Shown: positions 54,541 to 61,777 of the stretch, one piece after another
Layout: the number at the start of each line of letters is the position of its first letter
How positions within the stretch are numbered: the first letter of the stretch is position 1
NCBI GenBank assembly: GCA_024276495.1
Contig: JAJRXC010000005.1
Span: 64,191 to 128,190 of the forward strand
Origin: Actinomycetes bacterium
GTDB lineage: Bacteria; Actinomycetota; Acidimicrobiia; Acidimicrobiales; Aldehydirespiratoraceae
Direction: 5' to 3'
Length of the DNA: 64,000 bases
Notes under the pieces: model-generated
What the model saw: only the letters and a program-made list of their open reading frames with translations
Databases searched by the model: none
What the model was told of the DNA's origin: nothing
Translations under genes and position numbers: made by a program

Positions 54541-55533
54541 ATGGACTGGGGTGGAATTCTCGACAACACGCTGCGGGGTCTGATCGGCGAGCAGTTCATC
54601 TACTTCGCGCTCGCCGCGATCGGTCTCAACATCCACTTCGGCTATGCCGGGTTGTTGAACTTCGGTCAGGCGGTGTTCATGGCGGCCGGGGCGTATGGCC
54701 TGTCGATCATGGTGGTCACCTACGACTGGTCGTTCTGGGCCGGGGTCGGCATGGGCCTCATCGTGTTCCCGGCGGTGCTCGCACTGATTCTGGGGGTGCC
54801 GACGCTTCGGCTGCGGGCCGACTATCTCGCGATCGTCACCATCGCGACCGCGGAGATGTTCCGCTTGATCGCCCGCTCGCCCCGCTACGACTGGTTGACC
54901 GGATCGAGCGACGGCCACGGCGGATTCGCGACGCGGTTCTACGAGCTGAGTCCGTTCGACCCGGGGGAGCGCTACTTCTTCGGTCTTTTCATCGGCAACC
55001 AGTTCTTCGTCGTTCTGGTCGGTTGGGCCGCCCTCGTGGTGGTGGTGACGTTGGTCTGGGCCCTCATCCGCAGCCCGTGGGGCCGGGTGTTGAAGGCGAT
55101 CCGCGAAGACGAGGACGCGGCCCGCAGTCTCGGGAAGAACGCCTACTTCTACAAGATGCAGGCCCTCATGCTCGGCGGGATGATCGGCGCGCTCGGCGGC
55201 ATGCTGCGGGCGATCGGAACCCAGTCGGCGCAGCCGCAGAACTTCATCACCGACGTCACGTTCTTCGCCTGGGTGGCGCTCATTCTCGGTGGAGCGGGCA
55301 AGATCATGGGACCGGTCGTGGGCGCGGCCCTGCTCTACGGCCTGATCAACTTCACCGACGGCCTGCTACGCCAGCTCGTCGAGGAGGGGTTCATCTCCGA
55401 GTCGGTGATGGATGGCACACAGGTCGGTCAGGTTCGGTTCCTGCTCATCGGCGTCGGTTTGGTGGCGCTCGCCGCGCTTCGCCCGCAGGGCCTCTTCGGG
55501 AACAAGGAAGAGATGGCGCTCGATGACCGCTGA
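54541..55533 (+). CDS. livM: Branched-chain amino acid ABC permease (LivM-type)
   Basis: IGLNIHFGYAGLLNFGQAVFMAAGAYG and RADYLAIVTIATAEMFRL. Confidence 0.85.
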   Translation: MDWGGILDNTLRGLIGEQFIYFALAAIGLNIHFGYAGLLNFGQAVFMAAGAYGLSIMVVTYDWSFWAGVGMGLIVFPAVLALILGVPTLRLRADYLAIVTIATAEMFRLIARSPRYDWLTGSSDGHGGFATRFYELSPFDPGERYFFGLFIGNQFFVVLVGWAALVVVVTLVWALIRSPWGRVLKAIREDEDAARSLGKNAYFYKMQALMLGGMIGALGGMLRAIGTQSAQPQNFITDVTFFAWVALILGGAGKIMGPVVGAALLYGLINFTDGLLRQLVEEGFISESVMDGTQVGQVRFLLIGVGLVALAALRPQGLFGNKEEMALDDR

Positions 55534-56827
55534 AGCCGCCCCGGAGATCACCGCGCGAAGCGTTCCCGCGCTGGGCAAACGCTTCTTCGCCCGCTGGCTC
55601 GACGAGCTCTTGTTGGGGTCGGCGCTGCTGTTGGCCTGGTTGTTGTTCCTCTACGCGGTGGGTGACGGACGGGGCACGATCGACGGTGCCTTGTGGGGTC
55701 TCGCCGCGCTCGTCGTCGTTGTCGCCGCGCTCTACAACCAGGTGTGGCTCACCGCCGCGGAGGGCGCCAGCGTCGGGAAGCGAACGGCCGGCATCAAGGT
55801 GCTCGATCGTGAGACCGGGCTGCCGCTCGGGTTGGGCCGCACCGTCGCCCGCGAGTTGTTGTCGCCGTTGGCCGTGACCGCGTTGAAAGACGAGTTGGGT
55901 CAGGGCCTGCACGACAAGGTCGTGGGGTCGGTCGTCGTGCGAGATGCGTGGCGCCAACCCGAACTGGTGGCCGGTGACGCCGCCGCGGCCCGGGCCGCGC
56001 TCGCAGATGTCTCCCCCACACCGGGTTCGAGGAAACCGGATCCGATCCTGATCGCCGAGAACATTAGCCGTACCTTCGGCGGGCTCGTTGCGGTCGACGT
56101 CGACCATCTCGAGATCCAGCGCGGCGTCATCACCGCGTTGATCGGTCCGAATGGTGCCGGCAAGACGACGTTGTTCAACCTGTTGACCAGCTTCGATCAA
56201 CCGACGACCGGCACGAAGGCCTTCAACGGCGAGACGATCGACGACGTGCCGGCCCACAAGATCGCCAACTACGGCATGGTTCGCACCTTTCAGCTGACCA
56301 AGTCGCTGTCGAAGATGTCGGTGCTCGAGAACATGAAGCTCGGTGCCACCGATCAAAAGGGTGAAGGCATGCTCAGTGCCCTGTTCACTCCGCTGTGGTC
56401 TGCCCAGGACAAGGAGATCGAGGAGCGGGCCGACGAGCTGCTGGCGCGTTTCAATCTCGATCACATGCGCGACGAGTTCGCGGGCACGCTCTCGGGTGGA
56501 CAACGCAAGCTCCTCGAGATGGCGAGGGCCCTGATGGTCCGCCCGTCGCTCGTGATGCTCGACGAACCGATGGCCGGGGTCAACCCGGCGCTGAAACAGT
56601 CACTGCTCGATCACGTCAAAGGGCTGCGCGATCAGGGCATGACGGTGGTCTTCGTGGAGCACGACATGGACATGGTCCAAGACATCAGCGACTGGGTGGT
56701 AGTCATGGCGGAGGGACGGGTGATCGCCGAAGGCCCACCAACCTCGATCTCCGACAACCAGGCCGTGGTTGACGCGTATCTGGGGGCCCACCATGACTCG
56801 GCCCTCGACCTCGGAGACGACTCGTGA
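55523..56827 (+). CDS. livG: RDD-domain membrane module fused to a LivG-type ABC ATPase
   Basis: N-terminal RDD region (KRFFARWLDELLLGSALLLAWLL...GASVGKRTAGIKVLDRETG), then ABC motifs GPNGAGKTTLFN, LSGGQRKLLEMARAL, LDEPMAGV. This is one continuous frame. It overlaps livM by 11 nt. Confidence 0.85.
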   Translation: MTAEAAPEITARSVPALGKRFFARWLDELLLGSALLLAWLLFLYAVGDGRGTIDGALWGLAALVVVVAALYNQVWLTAAEGASVGKRTAGIKVLDRETGLPLGLGRTVARELLSPLAVTALKDELGQGLHDKVVGSVVVRDAWRQPELVAGDAAAARAALADVSPTPGSRKPDPILIAENISRTFGGLVAVDVDHLEIQRGVITALIGPNGAGKTTLFNLLTSFDQPTTGTKAFNGETIDDVPAHKIANYGMVRTFQLTKSLSKMSVLENMKLGATDQKGEGMLSALFTPLWSAQDKEIEERADELLARFNLDHMRDEFAGTLSGGQRKLLEMARALMVRPSLVMLDEPMAGVNPALKQSLLDHVKGLRDQGMTVVFVEHDMDMVQDISDWVVVMAEGRVIAEGPPTSISDNQAVVDAYLGAHHDSALDLGDDS

Positions 56828-57561
56828 CCGAAGAACCACTTCTCATCGCCGACGATCTGACCGCGGGCTATGTGCCCGGCGTCGACATCTTGAACAACTG
56901 CAGCCTCGAGTTGTTCGAGGGTGAGCTGGTCGGGATCATCGGCCCCAATGGTGCCGGGAAGTCGACCCTGTTGAAGGCGTTGTTCGGCCTGCTCGACATC
57001 CGCGCCGGTGGCATCCGTCTGCGGGGCGATGACATCACCGGCCAGAAGGCCCACCAGCTGGTGTCCCGCGGGATCGGCTACGTGCCCCAGGTCGACAACG
57101 TCTTTCCGTCGCTCACCATCGCGGAGAACCTCGAGATGGGGACGTTCCTGGAGCCCGAGAAGTTCGACGGTCGCTTCGACCGGGTGGGCGACATGTTCCC
57201 GCTGCTCGCGGACCGGCGGGATCAGCGGGCCGGTTCGCTGTCCGGTGGCGAGCGGCAGATGCTCGCGATGGGCCGGGCGCTGATGATGGATCCCACCGTG
57301 CTGCTGCTCGACGAGCCGTCGGCCGGTCTGTCACCGGCCCTCCAGGACGAGGTCTTCGTCAACTGCCACAACATCAACAAGGCGGGGGTCTCGATCGTGA
57401 TGGTCGAGCAGAACGCGAGTCGTTGTCTGCAGATCTGTCACCGGGGCTACGTGCTCGATCAGGGGACCAACGCCTACACCGGGTCGGGGCGGGACCTGCT
57501 GACCGATCCGAAGGTGATCGAGTTGTATCTCGGCACCCTCGTCAAGACCCATCAGGACTGA
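56824..57561 (+). CDS. livF: LivF-type ABC ATPase
   Basis: GPNGAGKSTLLKA, LSGGERQMLAMGRAL, LLLDEPSAGL. GTGA overlap with livG. Confidence 0.9.
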   Translation: MTEEPLLIADDLTAGYVPGVDILNNCSLELFEGELVGIIGPNGAGKSTLLKALFGLLDIRAGGIRLRGDDITGQKAHQLVSRGIGYVPQVDNVFPSLTIAENLEMGTFLEPEKFDGRFDRVGDMFPLLADRRDQRAGSLSGGERQMLAMGRALMMDPTVLLLDEPSAGLSPALQDEVFVNCHNINKAGVSIVMVEQNASRCLQICHRGYVLDQGTNAYTGSGRDLLTDPKVIELYLGTLVKTHQD

Positions 57562-57584
57562 CGGCGGTTCTCGCCGAACGCGCA

Positions 57585-57612
57585 ACGGCCCGGGGCGTTG
57601 GCCCCGGGCCGT
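57585..57612. terminator. Perfect 11-bp stem hairpin between convergent livF and the binding-protein gene (bidirectional terminator candidate)
   Basis: ACGGCCCGGGG-cgttgg-CCCCGGGCCGT, read directly. No strong U-tract. Confidence 0.55.
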
Positions 57613-57651
57613 CGTCGTGATCTCAGTGCCGAAGCACCGGAGAGATCAGGG

Positions 57652-58914
57652 TCAGATCTGACCTTCGATGGAGCCGTCCACGAAGATCGTGCCGGTCTCG
57701 TCGAACTCGAGGATCAGGATCGATGCCTGCGAAGGCTCACCGGCGTCGATGAACTCCAGCGGTCCGCTGAAGCCGTCGTAGTCGATGTCGGTGCCATCAG
57801 CGAGCAGCCCGGCGCATTCCTCGAAGGAGGTGCACTTGGTGCCGCCACGGGTGACGTCGTTGATCTCCGCGGCAACGGCCACGCCGTCGTCGCTTCCGGC
57901 CGCGATGGCGGCGAGGGCGGTGATCACGACGGCGTCGTAGGACTCGGCCGCGTAGGAGAAGTCGATGAGGTCGCCGTCGATGCCGAGGAGGGCATCACGG
58001 AAATCACCGAGCTCGCCGGCGACGTCGACACCCGGGAGGGTGCCGCGCATGCCGGCCACGACCGACGGATCGTCGAACGCCTGGGCAAGGGCGTTGCCCA
58101 TGTTGCCGTCGGTGCCGTAGACGAGCTTGTCGGACGGGCCCATGCCGTTCTCGATCAGACCGGTGAGGATCTTCGAGGTCTCATCGAAACCGATGATGAC
58201 GATGGCGTCGGGGTCGGCCTCGACGGTTGCCGCGACTTCGGCGTCGAAGTTCTCGGCCTGCGGGTCGTAGATGACCTCGTAGACGACAGTGCCACCATTG
58301 GCCTCATACGGGCCCTTGGTGAACTCGAGAAGGCCGGTGCCGTACGAGTCGTTGAGCACCAGGAACGCCACGGTCTCGGCACCATCAGCGAGGATGATGT
58401 CGGCCAGGGCCGCGCCCTGGACCACGTCGGACGGCGCGGTGCGGAAGTACAGCCCGTTGTCGTCGTAGGTGGTGAACGCGGGTGACGTGTTCGCCGGCGA
58501 GAAGTGGATCTTGCCGGCCTGGGTGATCTTGTCGATGACGGTCAGCGAGACGCCCGAGGAGGCGGCGCCGATGAAGCCGTCGACATCCTCGGCGAGCAGA
58601 CGGTCGACGGTGGCGTTGGCCACGTCACCATTGTCGCCGGAGTCGCCCGGGAGCCATTCGATGTCGTTGCCGAGCACACCGCCGGCGGCGTTGATGTCGG
58701 CGATGGCCAGTTCGACGCCCGCGAACTCGGGTGGTCCGAGGAACGCGAGGTTGCCGGTCTCCGGCAGGATGCCGCCGAGGCGCAAAATGCCGTCGCCGGC
58801 TTCGGAGGAGCTTCCACCGCCGCTGGTCGTGTCTTCGTCATCGTTGCCGCAGGCGGCCGCGATGAGCGAGAACGACAGCAGGATGGCGAGAAGTCCCGTG
58901 ATCTTCTTCGTCAT
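57652..58914 (-). CDS. ABC transporter substrate-binding lipoprotein (Leu/Ile/Val-binding, LivJ/LivK family)
   Basis: Lipoprotein signal LLAILLSFSLIAAAC, a Gly/Ser linker and a type I periplasmic binding fold (LRLGGILPETGNLAFLGPPEFAGVELAIADINAAGGVLG). Confidence 0.85.
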   Translation of the reverse strand: MTKKITGLLAILLSFSLIAAACGNDDEDTTSGGGSSSEAGDGILRLGGILPETGNLAFLGPPEFAGVELAIADINAAGGVLGNDIEWLPGDSGDNGDVANATVDRLLAEDVDGFIGAASSGVSLTVIDKITQAGKIHFSPANTSPAFTTYDDNGLYFRTAPSDVVQGAALADIILADGAETVAFLVLNDSYGTGLLEFTKGPYEANGGTVVYEVIYDPQAENFDAEVAATVEADPDAIVIIGFDETSKILTGLIENGMGPSDKLVYGTDGNMGNALAQAFDDPSVVAGMRGTLPGVDVAGELGDFRDALLGIDGDLIDFSYAAESYDAVVITALAAIAAGSDDGVAVAAEINDVTRGGTKCTSFEECAGLLADGTDIDYDGFSGPLEFIDAGEPSQASILILEFDETGTIFVDGSIEGQI

Positions 58915-59167
58915 GGATTGCTTCTTTCCCTAGGGTGCAGGTGTCGGCGGTGTCGTCCGACGCGCCGAAGCGCTCGTGACAACGAGGATTGTTCCCCTCC
59001 AGTGCCGACGTCGGCCATCGAATGTCAACGACCGTCTCCGGAGTCTAGGGCTCCGGCCGGTTTCGGCAACGACGAACCCTGGTTTCACAAGTTACACATT
59101 GGGAAAATGCGGCGTGGCGAAGACCCGGCAACGACGTGAAGTGCGCACCCACCGTAGGATCCGCGTG

Positions 59168-59662
59168 ATGGAAGCCGGCCTCGAACACGACGAGAATCGT
59201 CTCCGCGAACTGTCGGTCGACCTGGCCGACCAGATCGCCGGGCTCCTCGTCGGATGGCTGATCAGTGCCGCGTTCCGACTGGCCGAAGCGAACGGGAGGA
59301 CGCTTCGCGACGACGAGACGGCGCAGCTGCGTGACGCCGCCGAGGCGACCGCCGCGAGACTCGCGCCCGGGGTGCGACACGTGCTCACCGCCGACGTCGA
59401 TGCCGGGCTCGGCAGCCCGCTGGCCGTGATCCGAACGGGGACCGGCCCCTTCACGTCGGAGCTGGTCGAGCTCGGGTTCGCAGCGGTTGCCCGAGATGAG
59501 TTCGCCCGCCGCCACTTCCCCGAGGATCTCTATGACCTCGGCCCGGCCTCCTTTGCGGACATCGACCCAACGTTGCACGAACCCGGCTTGGAGTGGGGCG
59601 CGGCCCGCGCCCACGTGCATCTGCGCCGTCGTCGGGAGGCCGAAGCCGAGGAGCGGCGATAG
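59168..59662 (+). CDS. Hypothetical protein
   Basis: 164-aa GC3-rich ORF (MEAGLEHDENRLRELSVDLADQIAG...). The track ORF starts earlier, at 58976, in lower-quality sequence. No motif recognised. Confidence 0.4.
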   Translation: MEAGLEHDENRLRELSVDLADQIAGLLVGWLISAAFRLAEANGRTLRDDETAQLRDAAEATAARLAPGVRHVLTADVDAGLGSPLAVIRTGTGPFTSELVELGFAAVARDEFARRHFPEDLYDLGPASFADIDPTLHEPGLEWGAARAHVHLRRRREAEAEERR

Positions 59663-59686
59663 GCCGGGCCGGTAGGCTCCTGCCTC

Positions 59687-60436
59687 GTGTCCGACCGCCC
59701 CGCTTTCGCCGAGATCTTGGCGTCCGTCGCCGAGGTCGAAGGTTGGATGACCGATGACCAGGCCCGTCGGCTCCACGACCGGGCCATCGAGCTCGGCCCC
59801 GGCGCCCGGATCGTCGAGATCGGCAGCTTCCGGGGCCGCTCGCTGATCGTGCTCGCCCACTCCGCCGCCGACGGGGTGGAGATCGTGTCGATCGACCCCC
59901 ACGCGGGGAACGACCGCGGGCCGCAGGAGATCGTCGCCGACCAGGATCGAGGCGACGACGACCACACCGTCTATCGCACCAACCTCGAGGCCGCCGGAGT
60001 CCTCGAGCGGATCGTCCACATCCGCAAGATGAGCGATGCGGCCTTGGACGACGTGGACGGAGAGATCGATCTCCTCTACATCGACGGTGCCCACCGGTTC
60101 GGCCCGGCCCGCGCCGACATCGTCGACTGGGGGGCACGGGTCGGCGGCGGTGGCACGATGCTGATCCACGACTCCTTCAGCTCGATCGGCGTCACCCTCG
60201 CGTTGCTCACCTCGATGTTCGCGTCCGGCGAATGGCGCTATCTCGGACGGGCCGGATCGATGGCGGAATACTGCCGTGAGCACCTGGGCGCCGGAGAGCG
60301 TCTCCTCAACGCCGTTCGTCAGGTGTCACAGTTGCCGTGGTTCGTTCGCAACGTCGTCATCAAGGTCCTGTTGACCGCCAGACTGTTCCCGCTGACCCGG
60401 TTGCTCGGCCATCGAAGCCGCGACTGGCCCTACTGA
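59687..60436 (+). CDS. Class I SAM-dependent methyltransferase (Methyltransf_24-like)
   Basis: IVEIGSFRGRSLIVLA (motif I) and LLYIDGAHRFGPARADI. C-terminal hydrophobic segment. Confidence 0.7.
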   Translation: MSDRPAFAEILASVAEVEGWMTDDQARRLHDRAIELGPGARIVEIGSFRGRSLIVLAHSAADGVEIVSIDPHAGNDRGPQEIVADQDRGDDDHTVYRTNLEAAGVLERIVHIRKMSDAALDDVDGEIDLLYIDGAHRFGPARADIVDWGARVGGGGTMLIHDSFSSIGVTLALLTSMFASGEWRYLGRAGSMAEYCREHLGAGERLLNAVRQVSQLPWFVRNVVIKVLLTARLFPLTRLLGHRSRDWPY

Positions 60437-60460
60437 AGCCGACGACGGGTCGCTCGCGGC

Positions 60461-60498
60461 GAAACAAATGCATCAGACCGGTGAAACAATCCCGAAAC
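60461..60498 (+). promoter_or_regulatory. Phased GAAAC boxes upstream of amt (GlnR-box-like operator candidate)
   Basis: GAAAC occurs at 60461, 60483 and 60494, with spacings of 22 and 11 nt (helical phasing). aTcAg at 60472 lies in the intervening a-site register. Compare the actinomycete GlnR site gTnAc-n6-GaAAc. Confidence 0.35.
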
Positions 60499-60562
60499 AC
60501 TCGGTTCGTAGGGTCCTCTGAACGTTCGCGGACGAGCCGTGACCGGTGGGGAGGAATCTGAG

Positions 60563-61768
60563 ATGGATAGCGGCGACATCGCGTGGATGTTGATCTCCAC
60601 GGCACTCGTGTTGTTCATGGTGCCGGGGCTCGCTCTGTTCTACGGCGGCATGGTCCGCTCCAAGAACGTGCTCAACATGTTGAACATGAACTTCTACTGC
60701 CTGGGCATCATCCCGGTGATCTGGGTGCTGTTCACCTTCTCGCTCGGCAACAGCGCCGACGGCGAGGGCTTCTTCGGCGGCGATCTGATCGGCAACTGGG
60801 ATCTCGTGGGACTCGATGAGATGACCGGCAACGGCGACGCCCTGCTCCTCATGGCGTTCCTGATGACCTTCGCGGTGATCACCCCGGCGCTCATCTCCGG
60901 GGCGGTCGCCGACCGGATGAAGTTCGCGGCATGGGCGATCTTCGTGCCGGTGTGGTCGATCCTCGTCTACACCCCCGTCACCTACTGGGTCTACAACGGC
61001 TGGCACACGAAGCTCAGCCCCGAGGCGATCGACTTCGCCGGCGGCACCGCGATCCACATCAACGCCGGCATCGCCGCGCTCGCCCTCGTCATCGTCCTCG
61101 GCCGGCGCAGGGGCTGGCCGACGACCGCCATGCCGCCACACAACCTCACCCTGGTCATGCTCGGTGCCGGCATCCTCTGGTTCGGCTGGTTCGGGTTCAA
61201 TGCCGGATCCGCGGCCGCGGCCAACGGCCAGGCCATCCAGGCGTTCGTCAACACCTTTGTCGCCGGCGCCGCCGGGATGTTGTCGTGGCTGGCGGTCGAA
61301 CGAATCCGTGACGGCCACGCCACCACCCTCGGCGCCGCGTCCGGCATCGTCGCCGCCCTCGTCGCCATCACCCCCGCGGCCGGCTATGTCGGCGGATTGT
61401 CGGCGATCGTCTTCGGTGCCGTCGCCGGTGCCGTCTGCTACGGGGCCATCCAGTTGAAGCATCGTTTCGGATACGACGACAGCCTCGACGTGGTCGGTGT
61501 GCACATGGTCGGCGGCATCACCGGCGGCCTGCTGCTGGGCTTCTTCGCCGATGCCCGCGTCGGCGGATCCGACGGAGTGTTCTTCGGCGACGCCGGTCTG
61601 CTGCTCAGCCAGATCATCGCGATGGGATCGGTGCTCGTCTTCTCCTTCGTCGTGACCTTCGCGATCGCCAAGGTGCTCGATGCCACCATCGGGTTGCGCG
61701 TCGACGAAGAAGCCGAGCAGGTCGGCCTCGACCAGAGCGAACACGCCGAGACCGCCTACGTCGACTAG
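60563..61768 (+). CDS. amt: Ammonium transporter
   Basis: DIAWMLISTALVLFMVPGLALFYGGMVRSKN, DFAGGTAIHINAGIAALA, LDVVGVHMVGGITGGLL. The ATG at 60563 follows GGGGAGGA. Confidence 0.95.
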   Translation: MDSGDIAWMLISTALVLFMVPGLALFYGGMVRSKNVLNMLNMNFYCLGIIPVIWVLFTFSLGNSADGEGFFGGDLIGNWDLVGLDEMTGNGDALLLMAFLMTFAVITPALISGAVADRMKFAAWAIFVPVWSILVYTPVTYWVYNGWHTKLSPEAIDFAGGTAIHINAGIAALALVIVLGRRRGWPTTAMPPHNLTLVMLGAGILWFGWFGFNAGSAAAANGQAIQAFVNTFVAGAAGMLSWLAVERIRDGHATTLGAASGIVAALVAITPAAGYVGGLSAIVFGAVAGAVCYGAIQLKHRFGYDDSLDVVGVHMVGGITGGLLLGFFADARVGGSDGVFFGDAGLLLSQIIAMGSVLVFSFVVTFAIAKVLDATIGLRVDEEAEQVGLDQSEHAETAYVD

Positions 61769-61777
61769 ACGTAACCC

